This document shows, piece by piece, positions 19,938-27,807 of a stretch of DNA of 64,000 bases. This stretch comes from a virus: positions 1 through 64,000 of IMG/VR virus record IMGVR_UViG_3300030329_001671. The stretch is one strand, 5' to 3'. Within the stretch, counting starts at the first letter, position 1, and each line of letters starts with the position of its first letter. Below the pieces are notes generated by a model. The model searched no databases, was not told where the DNA came from, and saw nothing but the letters and a program-made list of their open reading frames with translations. Both the position numbers and the translations under genes were made by a program.

Positions 19938-20008
19938 TTCCGCAACAAGCAGCGGTAGCGTTTCTTATGCTAGAAAATCGAATGTTAGGTGTACACGAAG
20001 GAAGTTAA
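18494..20008 (+). CDS. DNA cytosine-5 methyltransferase, catalytic (alpha) chain
   Basis: SLYSGGGG (motif I), GGFPCQ (IV), LENV (VI), HRRER (VIII), RILGNGVV (X). Confidence 0.85.
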   Translation: MDTHPEIKYISLYSGGGGLDLAFKLANPSARAVCYVEREASSLALLVDHMQTGQLDDAPIFADSGTFDGKPWRGKVDWIIGGFPCQPASVAGRRSGQDDERWLFPHIRRIVSEAQPQGLFLENVRGLLSVNDGGGFEEILRDLANLRYHVEWGVYKASDVGASHRRERAFIYAQMADPRHDGQELQAKELPKGYELQSRNGFGETFGIVGSGSEQLVHPYSEGRKGNQQSTEVYDATSESSSARIRSQLERRVQSGYELADSRYDARSTEPEQQREESSEIFAEGSGTSPRSGEQLGFSYYLKRQRQVQEPSEGSLSSDGTSGDVVNLADPHDSGDPASRYGINGNGTTEDEGRKEQPQSELTGQGGGLENAKRIRSRWWDSEEELRRQSEDKTTGSSVELVNANGGGRRSEINGEFPSTGIDFGCRPFSWPPRPTSPEWGHILRERPDLAPAKPEVRGVVDGLAGGLGRADKLRILGNGVVPQQAAVAFLMLENRMLGVHEGS

Positions 20009-20009
20009 A

Positions 20010-21218
20010 ATGGTAACGGCTACTAAACAAATAGTACCCATAACCGAATTAGAACAATCGGCTTTTTGTCAGTCGGATGGAAACCTACGCACCAAAACTT
20101 TAGAAGAAGAGTTTAAGGCAGGAGTTCGTTGGCAGAAGATACCTACTAGATATGCAAAATTAACTCCTGAGGAATTGACCGAAGGAATTGCGTTTGCTAG
20201 GAAGGAAATTGGAACTAAGGCTGTAGTGTTAGGTCACCACTACCAACGTGACGATGTAATACAATTTGCAGACATAACAGGAGACTCGTATCAACTATCT
20301 AAACAAGCGTCGGAAATCACAGACGCTAAATGGATAATTTTTTGCGGTGTCCACTTTATGGCTGAAACAGCCGATATTCTTACTTCAAACGACCAAAACG
20401 TTATACTGCCTAACTTAGCTGCAGGTTGTTCTATGGCGGATATGGCTGCGATAGATGATGTAGAGACTAGTTGGAGTGCGTTGAAATATGTGTTGGGTTC
20501 TACAGAGGATATTATTCCTATAACCTACATGAATTCCTCCGCCTCCATAAAAGCGCATTGTGGAGAAAATGGTGGCTTGGTGTGTACTTCATCTAACGCT
20601 GATAAAGCTTTTGACTGGGCGTTGGAACGAGGGAATAAAATATTATTCCTACCTGACCAACACTTAGGAAGAAACACTGGACTAGCTAAAGGCATACCTG
20701 AGTCGGATATGAAAGTCTGGAATCCTCACCTACCTATGGGTGGATTAGAGGAAGAAGAAATTCACAAAGCTACTGTGTTATTGTGGCAGGGACACTGTTC
20801 TGTTCATACTAGATTTACCACCGATCAAATAGACACTATCAGGGATAAAAATCCTCTGACTAATATCTTGGTACATCCTGAGTGTACTAGAGAAGTGGTA
20901 GACGCAGCGGATATGGCAGGTTCTACAGAGTTTATTTTGAAAACCATAGCTAACGCTCCCTCAGGAACGTCTTGGGGAATCGGAACTGAAGTTAATATGG
21001 TAAAACGGTTAGCTCAACAGTATCCCGATAAAGAGATATTTTGTCTCGACCCTATAGTGTGTCCTTGTGCTACAATGTATAGAATACACCCTGCGTACAT
21101 TCTTTGGGTATTGGAGGGGATATTGGCGGGAATTGCGATAAACAGGATTGAGGTTGAGTCAGGGCATAAGAGACATGCTTTAGTTGCGCTTGACCGTATG
21201 CTGAAGTTAGGGGCGTAA
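20010..21218 (+). CDS. nadA: Quinolinate synthase
   Basis: LGHHYQ, GDS, FCGVHFMAE, AGCSMADM, YMNSSA, CTSSNA, PDQHLGRN, CSVH, HPEC, CPCATM; probable ATG start at 20010. Confidence 0.95.
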   Translation: MVTATKQIVPITELEQSAFCQSDGNLRTKTLEEEFKAGVRWQKIPTRYAKLTPEELTEGIAFARKEIGTKAVVLGHHYQRDDVIQFADITGDSYQLSKQASEITDAKWIIFCGVHFMAETADILTSNDQNVILPNLAAGCSMADMAAIDDVETSWSALKYVLGSTEDIIPITYMNSSASIKAHCGENGGLVCTSSNADKAFDWALERGNKILFLPDQHLGRNTGLAKGIPESDMKVWNPHLPMGGLEEEEIHKATVLLWQGHCSVHTRFTTDQIDTIRDKNPLTNILVHPECTREVVDAADMAGSTEFILKTIANAPSGTSWGIGTEVNMVKRLAQQYPDKEIFCLDPIVCPCATMYRIHPAYILWVLEGILAGIAINRIEVESGHKRHALVALDRMLKLGA

Positions 21219-21253
21219 TTTTTAGATAAAATACTGTATAATATAGTATCCAT

Positions 21254-21328
21254 TGCGGGGTAGAGAAGTGGTATCTCATCTGGCTCATTACTAGAAGATC
21301 GTGGGTTCGATTCCCACCCCCGCTACCA
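21254..21328 (+). tRNA. tRNA-Met(CAT), initiator (fMet)-like, atypical anticodon arm
   Basis: Cloverleaf: GCGGGG/CCCCGC acceptor with 1:72 mismatch, GAGA/TCTC D-stem, TCTGG/CTAGA stem, CAT at 21286-88, GTGGG-TTCGATT-CCCAC T-arm, encoded CCA. Confidence 0.9.
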
Positions 21329-21350
21329 ATAAATTTATAGGAGATAAGGT

Positions 21351-21662
21351 ATGTCAGAAAAGTTGGTAGCTTACGATAGTAAGTATCTCGTTGTGGAAGA
21401 CGATAACACTATGACCAAAGGCGGGTTGCATGTTCCGGGAGAACTAATGACAGTTCACGGATATGGGACTATAGCTAGTGTAGGTCAAGGTCGAGTAAAT
21501 GAGTTTTCTGGGGACACCATTAAACCCCGATTAAAGGTTGGAACTAGGGTGGTTTTTATAAAGCACTCTCAAATGGTGATAGACCATGAAGACACTAAGT
21601 ATTTTGTTCTAACTGACCACGAAATTGTGGCCACGTTGCACAAAACCAAGAAAGGTAAGTAG
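21351..21662 (+). CDS. groES: Co-chaperonin GroES-like
   Basis: TKGGLHVP mobile loop, GTIASVGQG, LKVGTRVVF, EIVA. Confidence 0.8.
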   Translation: MSEKLVAYDSKYLVVEDDNTMTKGGLHVPGELMTVHGYGTIASVGQGRVNEFSGDTIKPRLKVGTRVVFIKHSQMVIDHEDTKYFVLTDHEIVATLHKTKKGK

Positions 21663-21872
21663 ATGTCAATAATCCAAGATAAACGAACCGAGTTGAGTGA
21701 GAATTTTACCTGTAACACAATAGACGAAGTTCATAAAGTTTTAACTGAGTTTATTGACAATAGAGCAGATGAAGCTAATTGGGATTTGCAAGTGCAGTTC
21801 CTAAAAGATAGTAAACTATGGTTAGTAGTTGCTAGGGCTAGTGTCATAGAAGGAGATATTCAATATGGCTAA
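21663..21872 (+). CDS. Hypothetical protein
   Basis: Tightly coupled ORF. Confidence 0.55.
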   Translation: MSIIQDKRTELSENFTCNTIDEVHKVLTEFIDNRADEANWDLQVQFLKDSKLWLVVARASVIEGDIQYG

Positions 21873-22269
21873 TATTACAGATTTAATGAATCTTCCTCTT
21901 AGCGGAAATTTTGTCCGAAGTTTTTATGGTTTAGATACTCGGCGTCCTATGGATATAATAGATAGAGAGGCAGAATATTTAATAAGAGTATCTACACCGG
22001 GAGCAACGGATGTAAGCGTATCGGTTGAAGATAATTCTTTACTTATAGACGTAGAGCGAGATTTCTCTGAGAACGATAAAGAAGAAGGACAGTTTAATAT
22101 ACACGGTATATCAGACTATAAGTTTTCTAAAACTTTATCTCTGAATAATACTAATGTTGACGTAGATAAGATAACGTCAAAATATTCTAAGGGAATTCTA
22201 GAGATTACTCTTCCTAAAACTGAGGAAGCAAAACCTAAAGTAATTCCAGTAGATGTGACTATGGAGTAA
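21865..22269 (+). CDS. Small heat-shock protein Hsp20
   Basis: DII......IRV.TPG...VSVSVE...F.K.L.L...VD.DKI.SKY.KGILEITLPK...PK.I.V alpha-crystallin pattern. Confidence 0.85.
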   Translation: MANITDLMNLPLSGNFVRSFYGLDTRRPMDIIDREAEYLIRVSTPGATDVSVSVEDNSLLIDVERDFSENDKEEGQFNIHGISDYKFSKTLSLNNTNVDVDKITSKYSKGILEITLPKTEEAKPKVIPVDVTME

Positions 22270-22272
22270 GTT

Positions 22273-22425
22273 ATGATTGGAAAACTTAGACCTCAAATCT
22301 TTTTAGCTATTATTGTCTTAGGCGTCCTAGCTTATACGGGAGCAAATAACGGTCTTCCAGAAATTGCTACAGGTACCATTGGGGGCATCATAGCTCTTGG
22401 AATGAAGGTACTGGAGAACGAATAA
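22273..22425 (+). CDS. 50-aa two-helix membrane protein
   Basis: MIGKLRPQIFLAIIVLGVLAYTG...IATGTIGGIIALGMKVLENE; GGAG RBS; below the ORF-track cutoff. Confidence 0.6.
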   Translation: MIGKLRPQIFLAIIVLGVLAYTGANNGLPEIATGTIGGIIALGMKVLENE

Positions 22426-22475
22426 TGCTTTCTGAATGCAAATGTGGCGGAAATTGCCAATGTGGTAAAAAGGGG

Positions 22476-22504
22476 TTGACACACTAAATAAAATAGTGTA
22501 TACT
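22476..22504 (+). promoter_or_regulatory. Near-consensus sigma70 promoter
   Basis: TTGACA-17 nt-TATACT. Confidence 0.85.
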
Positions 22505-22511
22505 AATATGT

Positions 22512-22683
22512 ATTCGCATGATCTACTTTGTACGGTAGATGGTAAGGGCTATTACATAGGTGGGAAGTCGTACACTATCCCACTAATGGTGCAAGTATAG
22601 CTAATGGATATGAACTGTGCATGAGTGAATATCTTGAACAGGCGTAGAGATGGAGCGGGAGTGGGAATCCCCGCCATGCGAAT
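22512..22683 (+). ncRNA. Candidate structured ncRNA of unknown family
   Basis: Directly after the promoter; terminal stem ATTCGCATG/CATGCGAAT with internal stems; T-run downstream. Confidence 0.55.
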
Positions 22684-22735
22684 TATTTAACACCCCCTTA
22701 TTTTTTTATTTGTGATAAGGTATATAATATGTATT

Positions 22736-22875
22736 GGGGGCGCATGGTTTCGACTGGTTCCCTAGCAATCAATCAGAGATGTAATGTCTCAACTGCTAAA
22801 AAGCCCACAGCAAATACGGCAGGGTTGACCGAGTAGGAAGTCAGGACGAGGGTTCGATTCCCTCCGCTTCCACCA
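22736..22875 (+). ncRNA. ssrA: Minimal (140-nt) tmRNA
   Basis: 5' GGGGGCGCATGGTTTCGAC; 3' GGACGAGGGTTCGATTCCCTCCGCTTCCACCA; G3.U70 Ala identity pair; TATAAT at 22723. Confidence 0.85.
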
Positions 22876-22944
22876 AAACATAGAGTGCGTGACCGCCACA
22901 TGAAGACGGCCCTCCACACTCCTTAGTGCGTTTAGGAGAAAACA

Positions 22945-23043
22945 ATGCGTACTATTAGAGAGTTTTTTAGGGTGATTGTTCAAAAACTGGAGTTAGAAGA
23001 GTATTTAGGTCATAGAGACTCTTACATAAAATGGATAAGGTAA
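22945..23043 (+). CDS. 32-aa hypothetical peptide
   Basis: AGGAG RBS; MRTIREFFRVIVQKLELEEYLGHRDSYIKWIR. Confidence 0.45.
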   Translation: MRTIREFFRVIVQKLELEEYLGHRDSYIKWIR

Positions 23044-23047
23044 ACGT

Positions 23048-23635
23048 ATGACGCATAACGAAGCACAGTTGCTAGAACAGTGGGAGCCTAAGGTAAATTC
23101 TATGCTTCGTAGTGTGTCTATCGTAGGACTTGATCGGGAAGATATCGCCCAAGAACTTCGGATTTCAATACTGAAATCTGCTAGAGGGTATAATTCCGAA
23201 AACACTTCAGCTAAATTCCATACGTATTTACACGTATCTATGTTAAACGTAATTAGAAGTTTAATGGCGAAGGCGAAGAAACACGTACCGACTGTTTCTT
23301 TAGATCAACATCTAAGTTCTTCTATGTCTCAATCCGACACTAGAAATATAGGGTCGGTATCTAATAAGTTGCTAACGGCTTTAGAGGATCCTGCCCAGAT
23401 AGAAATTTTCGATGAAGTGGATTTATTGTCTCTGATAGATAAATGTAATCTCACCCCTAAAGAGTTAGATTTTATAGATTTACGAACCCAACGGTATAGG
23501 TTAAGGGAAATTAGTGATATACTAGAGGTTAATGCTGTAAAGCTACGAGAAAGCGTCAAACTTAAACTAGAATGGGGACTTAAATCAGAATGCCAATTAA
23601 CCTTTATGAGTTATCAGAACAATATAAAACTTTAG
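23048..23635 (+). CDS. Sigma70-family RNA polymerase sigma factor
   Basis: Region 2 EDIAQELRI.ILKSA..Y....KFHTYL; region 4 LTPKE...EISDIL. Confidence 0.75.
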   Translation: MTHNEAQLLEQWEPKVNSMLRSVSIVGLDREDIAQELRISILKSARGYNSENTSAKFHTYLHVSMLNVIRSLMAKAKKHVPTVSLDQHLSSSMSQSDTRNIGSVSNKLLTALEDPAQIEIFDEVDLLSLIDKCNLTPKELDFIDLRTQRYRLREISDILEVNAVKLRESVKLKLEWGLKSECQLTFMSYQNNIKL

Positions 23636-24129
23636 TAGATTTTGCCGAAGAAGAAGATGTAGATATTTCGGAAGTCTTATTAGGTATTGCTGAAACACTA
23701 GACCAAAGAATGGAAAGTTTAGTGTTGTCGGTAAAGACTCTAGAGGCGCAATCCGCAGTAGTGGATTCAGAAATCACCCGGCTGAAAGATAAAAAGAAAG
23801 CTATCAATAACCACGTAACTCGAATAAAAGATTACATGAGGCAGTTACTAGAGGCTTCAGGAAGAACTAAAGCCGGGGGTACGCTAGGTTCTGTAAATAT
23901 ACAAAACAGTCCTCTGAGTTTAGTGGTAGATGATGAGAATGTGATTCCATCGGACTTTATGAAAGCCACACTAACCCTCCAACTAAATGAATTACCCGAA
24001 GAACTATCAGGACACCCCACACTAAAATTAGCTGTGGATAAAAAAGCTATTATAGATTTAGCTAGGAACGATGATTTTGAAGTTCAAGGAACTCACGTAG
24101 AAAGGAATCAACACCTAAGGCTACGATGA
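23590..24129 (+). CDS. Siphovirus Gp157-like protein
   Basis: NLYELSEQY, EITRLKDKK...RIKDY, VDKKAI, G...E....LR.R. Confidence 0.8.
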   Translation: MPINLYELSEQYKTLVDFAEEEDVDISEVLLGIAETLDQRMESLVLSVKTLEAQSAVVDSEITRLKDKKKAINNHVTRIKDYMRQLLEASGRTKAGGTLGSVNIQNSPLSLVVDDENVIPSDFMKATLTLQLNELPEELSGHPTLKLAVDKKAIIDLARNDDFEVQGTHVERNQHLRLR

Positions 24130-25742
24130 TTCGGATAGACTACAAAGCCCCATTCTTTATTTTAGACTTTCCTTATAATAAGGGAGACTTGAAACTTGTC
24201 CAAAATTTACCAGTTCGTGAATGGAACAAATCAACCAAAGAGTGGAGAGTTCCTAGGTTAGCTAGTAAATCCTTAGAGCAATTAGGTCCCCCACGGACAG
24301 TACCCGCTACTTGGACAGATGCAGCTCAGGCAGCCAAACAAAAAGTCGAAGACACGATACTAAAATTAGTGGATTTGAAGTTTCAAGAAGGGGAGTCTGG
24401 CGGATTACTTCGCCCGTATCAAACTGTTGGAGTTGAGTTTCTAACGTTTGCTAAAAAAGGATTATTAGCGGATGATATGGGGTTAGGTAAATCCATTCAA
24501 GCTATTAAAGCTTCTATGGATGTATCTGCCGATAAAGTATTAGTATTATGTCCTGCGTCGTTAAAGTGGAAATGGGCTGACGAGTTTAAAAAACATTTCA
24601 ATATTGATGCTTTTGTGGTCGCAGGAAAAAAGGAAGAACGTAGAGCAGTTTGGAAATCTAAAGCTAAGTATATTATAGCTAACTATGACCTACTCCACCC
24701 TAATAGGGATTGGGACGATATGCCCCACAAATGGGATGTTATTATTGCCGATGAAGCGGTGTACCTAAAAAATCCCAAGGCCATAAGAACTAAACGAGCT
24801 CTAAAGTTAGAGGCAGAATATAAGTTCGCCTTATCGGGAATATACATAGAAAACAGCCTAACGGAGTTCTTTTCTATTATGAAATTTATCCGCCCTGAGG
24901 TTGTCCCCGATAACGTTTACACATTTACTAAACGCTATTGTGAAGTCGATTGGAACGGTAAAGTTTTAGGAGCGAAAAAAGAAAAATTACCAGAGCTCCA
25001 CGCCCTGACTTCTCCATTTGTGTTGCGTAGAACTAAGCTAGAAAAGCTGAAGGAGTTACCTCCAAAAATCTATACGCCTATTCCACTGGAGATGTCGGCG
25101 GAAGAAAAATCTGAATACTCAAAACTATCCTCAGAATTTAAAGCATGGGTTGAGGGTGGGAGTAAAGAAGAACATAAAACTGTGGGATCCGCTACGCTAG
25201 ATGTCAGATATTTCGTTGAAGGTATGTATGGTAATTTAGCTACTAAAACTAAAAGACAATGGCTAGAAGAGTTATATAAAACTGTAGATAAGTTAGTCGT
25301 ATTCACATTCTTTGAAAAAAGTGCCAGAATGTTGAAAGAGTATTTTGATACTCCTTATTACATATCTGGAAAAGAAAAGAACAATAGGTTTGAAGTAGTT
25401 AGGGATTTCAACAAAATTAAAAAGGGAATTCTCATATCTACCGATGCTGGAAAATTCGGCTTAGATATGGTGGGTGCGGATACATTAGTTCACTACGGAT
25501 ATGTCCATAACCCCGGTACGATGATTCAGCGTGAAGATAGATTATGGCGTATGGGTCAGGAAAAAACAGTTAACATTCTATTACCGTATTTAATCGGTAC
25601 AATAGATGAAGGAATACAGAAAGTTTACAATACTAGGTTGGCAGAATCTAATAATTTTATGGAAGGCGCAGAGCAAATGCAAGAAGTAAAATTATCGGTA
25701 CAAGATTATGCAAAATTAGTTGATGGAAATTATTATGAGTAG
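24126..25742 (+). CDS. SNF2-family helicase with N-terminal HARP-like domain
   Basis: LRPYQ, LADDMGLGKS, IADEA, LSG, QREDRLWRMGQ. Confidence 0.85.
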   Translation: MIRIDYKAPFFILDFPYNKGDLKLVQNLPVREWNKSTKEWRVPRLASKSLEQLGPPRTVPATWTDAAQAAKQKVEDTILKLVDLKFQEGESGGLLRPYQTVGVEFLTFAKKGLLADDMGLGKSIQAIKASMDVSADKVLVLCPASLKWKWADEFKKHFNIDAFVVAGKKEERRAVWKSKAKYIIANYDLLHPNRDWDDMPHKWDVIIADEAVYLKNPKAIRTKRALKLEAEYKFALSGIYIENSLTEFFSIMKFIRPEVVPDNVYTFTKRYCEVDWNGKVLGAKKEKLPELHALTSPFVLRRTKLEKLKELPPKIYTPIPLEMSAEEKSEYSKLSSEFKAWVEGGSKEEHKTVGSATLDVRYFVEGMYGNLATKTKRQWLEELYKTVDKLVVFTFFEKSARMLKEYFDTPYYISGKEKNNRFEVVRDFNKIKKGILISTDAGKFGLDMVGADTLVHYGYVHNPGTMIQREDRLWRMGQEKTVNILLPYLIGTIDEGIQKVYNTRLAESNNFMEGAEQMQEVKLSVQDYAKLVDGNYYE

Positions 25743-26133
25743 AACACACATATCCGCTATCGAATTGAAAGGACCGTATAAGTGTTTAGCTAATTCATAC
25801 CCAACCTCTGTTATTGTCGAGGGAATTACCTATCCGTCGGTAGAACATGCTTTCCAAGCTGCTAAAGTTTTAGACAGAACCGTGAAATTTAAAATTTCTA
25901 AAATGTCTAATTTAGCTGAAGTTAAGAAGTTGTTACTAAATGAATGGACTCGACCCAACTGGAATGAGGTTAAGTATGCTACACTACATCAATTGGTAAA
26001 ATTAAAGTTTGAGTCTAATAAAGATTTAGCTAAAGTGCTAACTAATACTGGTACCAAGCGTATAGGCGGTAAAAAGGATTCCGAATTAGGCTCTATTTTG
26101 ATGAAAGTTAGAGGCGAAATACTTCGTGCCTAA
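25735..26133 (+). CDS. NADAR (YbiA-like) family protein, shortened
   Basis: LANSYP...YPSVEHAFQAAK...W...KF...LG.ILM.VR; lacks the usual E..D..WG segment. Confidence 0.7.
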   Translation: MSRTHISAIELKGPYKCLANSYPTSVIVEGITYPSVEHAFQAAKVLDRTVKFKISKMSNLAEVKKLLLNEWTRPNWNEVKYATLHQLVKLKFESNKDLAKVLTNTGTKRIGGKKDSELGSILMKVRGEILRA

Positions 26134-26539
26134 AAAAGTTCATCCAGAAAAGTATACTAGTAAACATCTTCTAGATTATTGGAACTCGGAATTTATAGTT
26201 CACCAGTCTAAACCATATGTGTCTTTACGATGGGGAGGTTTGGACTTACAATCTTTTAAGGACTTGCTGAACTATTATGATGTGTATACTATTTTATTGG
26301 CGATAGAGGTGGCCACTAAATCGGGTACGATAATTTCCGAATTCCGTAATAACTTTGAGGATTACGATTCTCACTCCGCCCACCCGAAGTTAGAATGGTT
26401 GGTAAAGGATAGAGGGAATAAGAGACAGAAAAATCTTTGGTATGAATATGAAGATATTTCTACTAGGTGGTTTCCGTCTGCATCTGACCGTAAGCGATTA
26501 TCAGAAATAGAAGAAGAGTTAAAGGAGTGGGCTAAGTGA
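26126..26539 (+). CDS. Hypothetical protein (replication module)
   Basis: Coupled ORF preceding the helicase. Confidence 0.55.
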   Translation: MPKKVHPEKYTSKHLLDYWNSEFIVHQSKPYVSLRWGGLDLQSFKDLLNYYDVYTILLAIEVATKSGTIISEFRNNFEDYDSHSAHPKLEWLVKDRGNKRQKNLWYEYEDISTRWFPSASDRKRLSEIEEELKEWAK

Positions 26540-27807
26540 GTAACCTTTCATACACCTACGTAGAAAGTGGAATAGTTCTAAATATCTCATCTTATGCCGA
26601 TTTGAAGAAGATTAATGTAACTCCCCAACATTTTGCCGTTTTTGGGGAAGCCTTCCAGTTCATCTTGAATGAGTTAGATGATAGTAGGCAAGTTCCATCA
26701 AGATCTGTGCTTCTAGCAAAGTATCCAGAATTAGACCAAAGTGCCGCAGACGCAGCTGACGTAAGTTTCTTTTCGGGAGAACTGAAACATCAACTAATGT
26801 ATCGTACTGCCATCCAGTCTGCCAATGAGTGGGTTCCCCAAATACAGGGAAATAATCCACAACAAGCGATAGAGCGTTTGATTCAAGAATTAGAGGCTGT
26901 AACCGCTACCGTCGATGATGATATAGAAGTCTATGACTCAGGCAGTATAGATCGTCTAGCAGAGTACTCTGAGAGGGTTGCACAGCGTAAGGATAAGTCG
27001 TTGGGTATGTTGGGTATACCCACCCCGTTCAAGACGCTTAACAGGCTTGGTGTAGGGTGGATGCCGGGTGAACTATATTCACTCTTTGCTCGACCTACGG
27101 TAGGTAAGTCGTTCATGTCTGTAAAGGTAGCTGCTGTTGCCATGAAACAAGGGCATAAAACGCTACTGATATCTACAGAAATGCCCGTGAAAGCTATGTC
27201 CATGCGAATGGATGCTTTTTTGGGGAAACTATTGGGGTATGAGTTTTCTCTAACTAAACTTAGAAGAGGAGAAGAGGGGATAGATGAAGAACAGTATAGA
27301 GAATTTCTTACTTCTATGGACTCTAGAAATATTTTGTTTCCTCACCATTTGGGCTTTGATGCCTTAAGCATATCGACCATTAGAAATTTGGTGCGAAAAT
27401 ATACCCCAGACTTAGTGGTAGTTGATGGGGTATACCTACTTAGCGATGATTCTAGTAGGGCTAAGTGGGAACAGAATGATAATCTATTTAAAGGTTTGAA
27501 GAATATAGCGATGGCTCATGAAATTCCTGTGTTTTGTACCACTCAGGCAGGACGAGAAGCTGTAGACTTATTCAAGCCACCTAAGTTGAATCAGGTAGCT
27601 AATGGAGATGCGTTGGTTCGGGCTAGCGACATTGCGTTTGCGATGAGTAAAGTAGAAGATGATGATAATCAAAGATTTCTCTATTATATGAAACAACGTG
27701 ACGATGCAGAAATTACAGCTAAAAGTGTTCTGAGTTGGAATGTAGATGTTGGGGATGTTCAAGAACTAATGCAGGAAGATTTACAGCAAGAAGATGCCAA
27801 ATTCTAA
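26536..27807 (+). CDS. dnaB: DnaB-like replicative helicase
   Basis: ARPTVGKS Walker A, STEM, VVVDG, TQAGR. Confidence 0.85.
   Translation: MSNLSYTYVESGIVLNISSYADLKKINVTPQHFAVFGEAFQFILNELDDSRQVPSRSVLLAKYPELDQSAADAADVSFFSGELKHQLMYRTAIQSANEWVPQIQGNNPQQAIERLIQELEAVTATVDDDIEVYDSGSIDRLAEYSERVAQRKDKSLGMLGIPTPFKTLNRLGVGWMPGELYSLFARPTVGKSFMSVKVAAVAMKQGHKTLLISTEMPVKAMSMRMDAFLGKLLGYEFSLTKLRRGEEGIDEEQYREFLTSMDSRNILFPHHLGFDALSISTIRNLVRKYTPDLVVVDGVYLLSDDSSRAKWEQNDNLFKGLKNIAMAHEIPVFCTTQAGREAVDLFKPPKLNQVANGDALVRASDIAFAMSKVEDDDNQRFLYYMKQRDDAEITAKSVLSWNVDVGDVQELMQEDLQQEDAKF

Noticed and set aside
22876-22940. HDV-like (theta) ribozyme after the tmRNA
   Set aside because: The nested double-pseudoknot pairings could not be built by eye.
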